DNA from: an uncultured cyanobacterium | GTDB lineage: Bacteria; Cyanobacteriota; Cyanobacteriia; Cyanobacteriales; Nostocaceae | Assembly: GCA_963740315.1 (NCBI GenBank) | Contig: CAVUDP010000004.1 | Location: 224,001-288,000 of the forward strand | Length of the DNA: 64,000 nucleotides | Direction: 5' to 3' | Shown: positions 63,679 through 64,000 of the stretch, piece by piece | Layout of the letters: each line of letters starts with the position of its first letter | Numbering within the stretch: position 1 is the first letter of the stretch | The notes under the pieces: model-generated | What the model was told of the DNA's origin: nothing | Databases searched by the model: none | Seen by the model: only the letters and a program-made list of their open reading frames with translations | Translations under genes and position numbers: made by a program

Positions 63679-64000
63679 ATGAAATCTCAAGCAAACAGAA
63701 AGCCGAAAATATTGGTTGTTGATGACGAACCCGACAACCTAGACTTGCTATACCGTACCTTCTATCGCGAATATAAGGTGCTGCGAGCTACAAGTGGTCC
63801 AGCCGCATTAGAATTGCTGGCAAAAGAAGGAGATATATCAGTAATTATCTCCGATCAGCGAATGCCAATGATGAGTGGTACGGAATTCTTGAGCCTGACA
63901 GCTACTCAATATCCAGATATTATCCGGATTATCTTAACTGGCTATACCGATGTCGAAGACTTGGTGGAAGCCATAAACGCTGGTAAGGTTTTTAAATACG
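63679..64000 (+). CDS. Response-regulator receiver-domain protein (truncated by window end)
   Basis: MKSQANRKPKILVVDDEPDNLDLLYRTF...IISDQRMPMMSG...ILTGYTD; open to 64000; not in ORF track. Confidence 0.88.
   Translation, partial: MKSQANRKPKILVVDDEPDNLDLLYRTFYREYKVLRATSGPAALELLAKEGDISVIISDQRMPMMSGTEFLSLTATQYPDIIRIILTGYTDVEDLVEAINAGKVFKY

Noticed and set aside
1..64000. CRISPR array
   Set aside because: No run of equal-length repeats with unique regularly sized spacers; the repeats seen are STRRs, dispersed palindromes or promoter motifs, and no cas genes are present

Overview
AT-rich chromosomal window from a filamentous, probably heterocyst-forming cyanobacterium (Nostocales-like). Evidence for this: abundant HIP1 GCGATCGC, STRR tandem repeats, apcD, hik2, a pmgA-like gene, spp and xisH/xisI. 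The flanks carry housekeeping and signalling genes: sbcD, cysH, a PAS kinase, murE and two kinases on the left; bioF, ruvA, spp, panE, xseAB, trpF-like, asnS, rlmD, apcD, two tandem gor, hisC and a GNAT on the right. The centre (about 15.5-39.9 kb) is an accessory envelope-signalling locus. It encodes a sigma-70-like protein, DUF1822, a CHAT-protease/CHASE2 membrane sensor, DUF928, an exported TPR-CHAT protease, a TpsB/TpsA two-partner secretion pair, an RTX-repeat protein and several small secreted proteins. The most notable observation is a bipartite promoter-like motif, CTGCATA-N14/15-(G/C)AC(C/T)AAT. It sits correctly oriented upstream of the sigma-like gene itself and of five cargo genes, plus one half-destroyed copy. 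This suggests a trans-envelope CHAT-protease to DUF1822 to sigma cascade with a visible regulon, which is inference. Also seen: two unannotated small ORFs, nested MITE/palindrome insertions, an internally deleted DUF4058 gene, and a gor paralogue with an NADH-type signature. No rRNA, tRNA, CRISPR array or transposase was recognised. All family assignments come from motif recognition by eye, not database searches.
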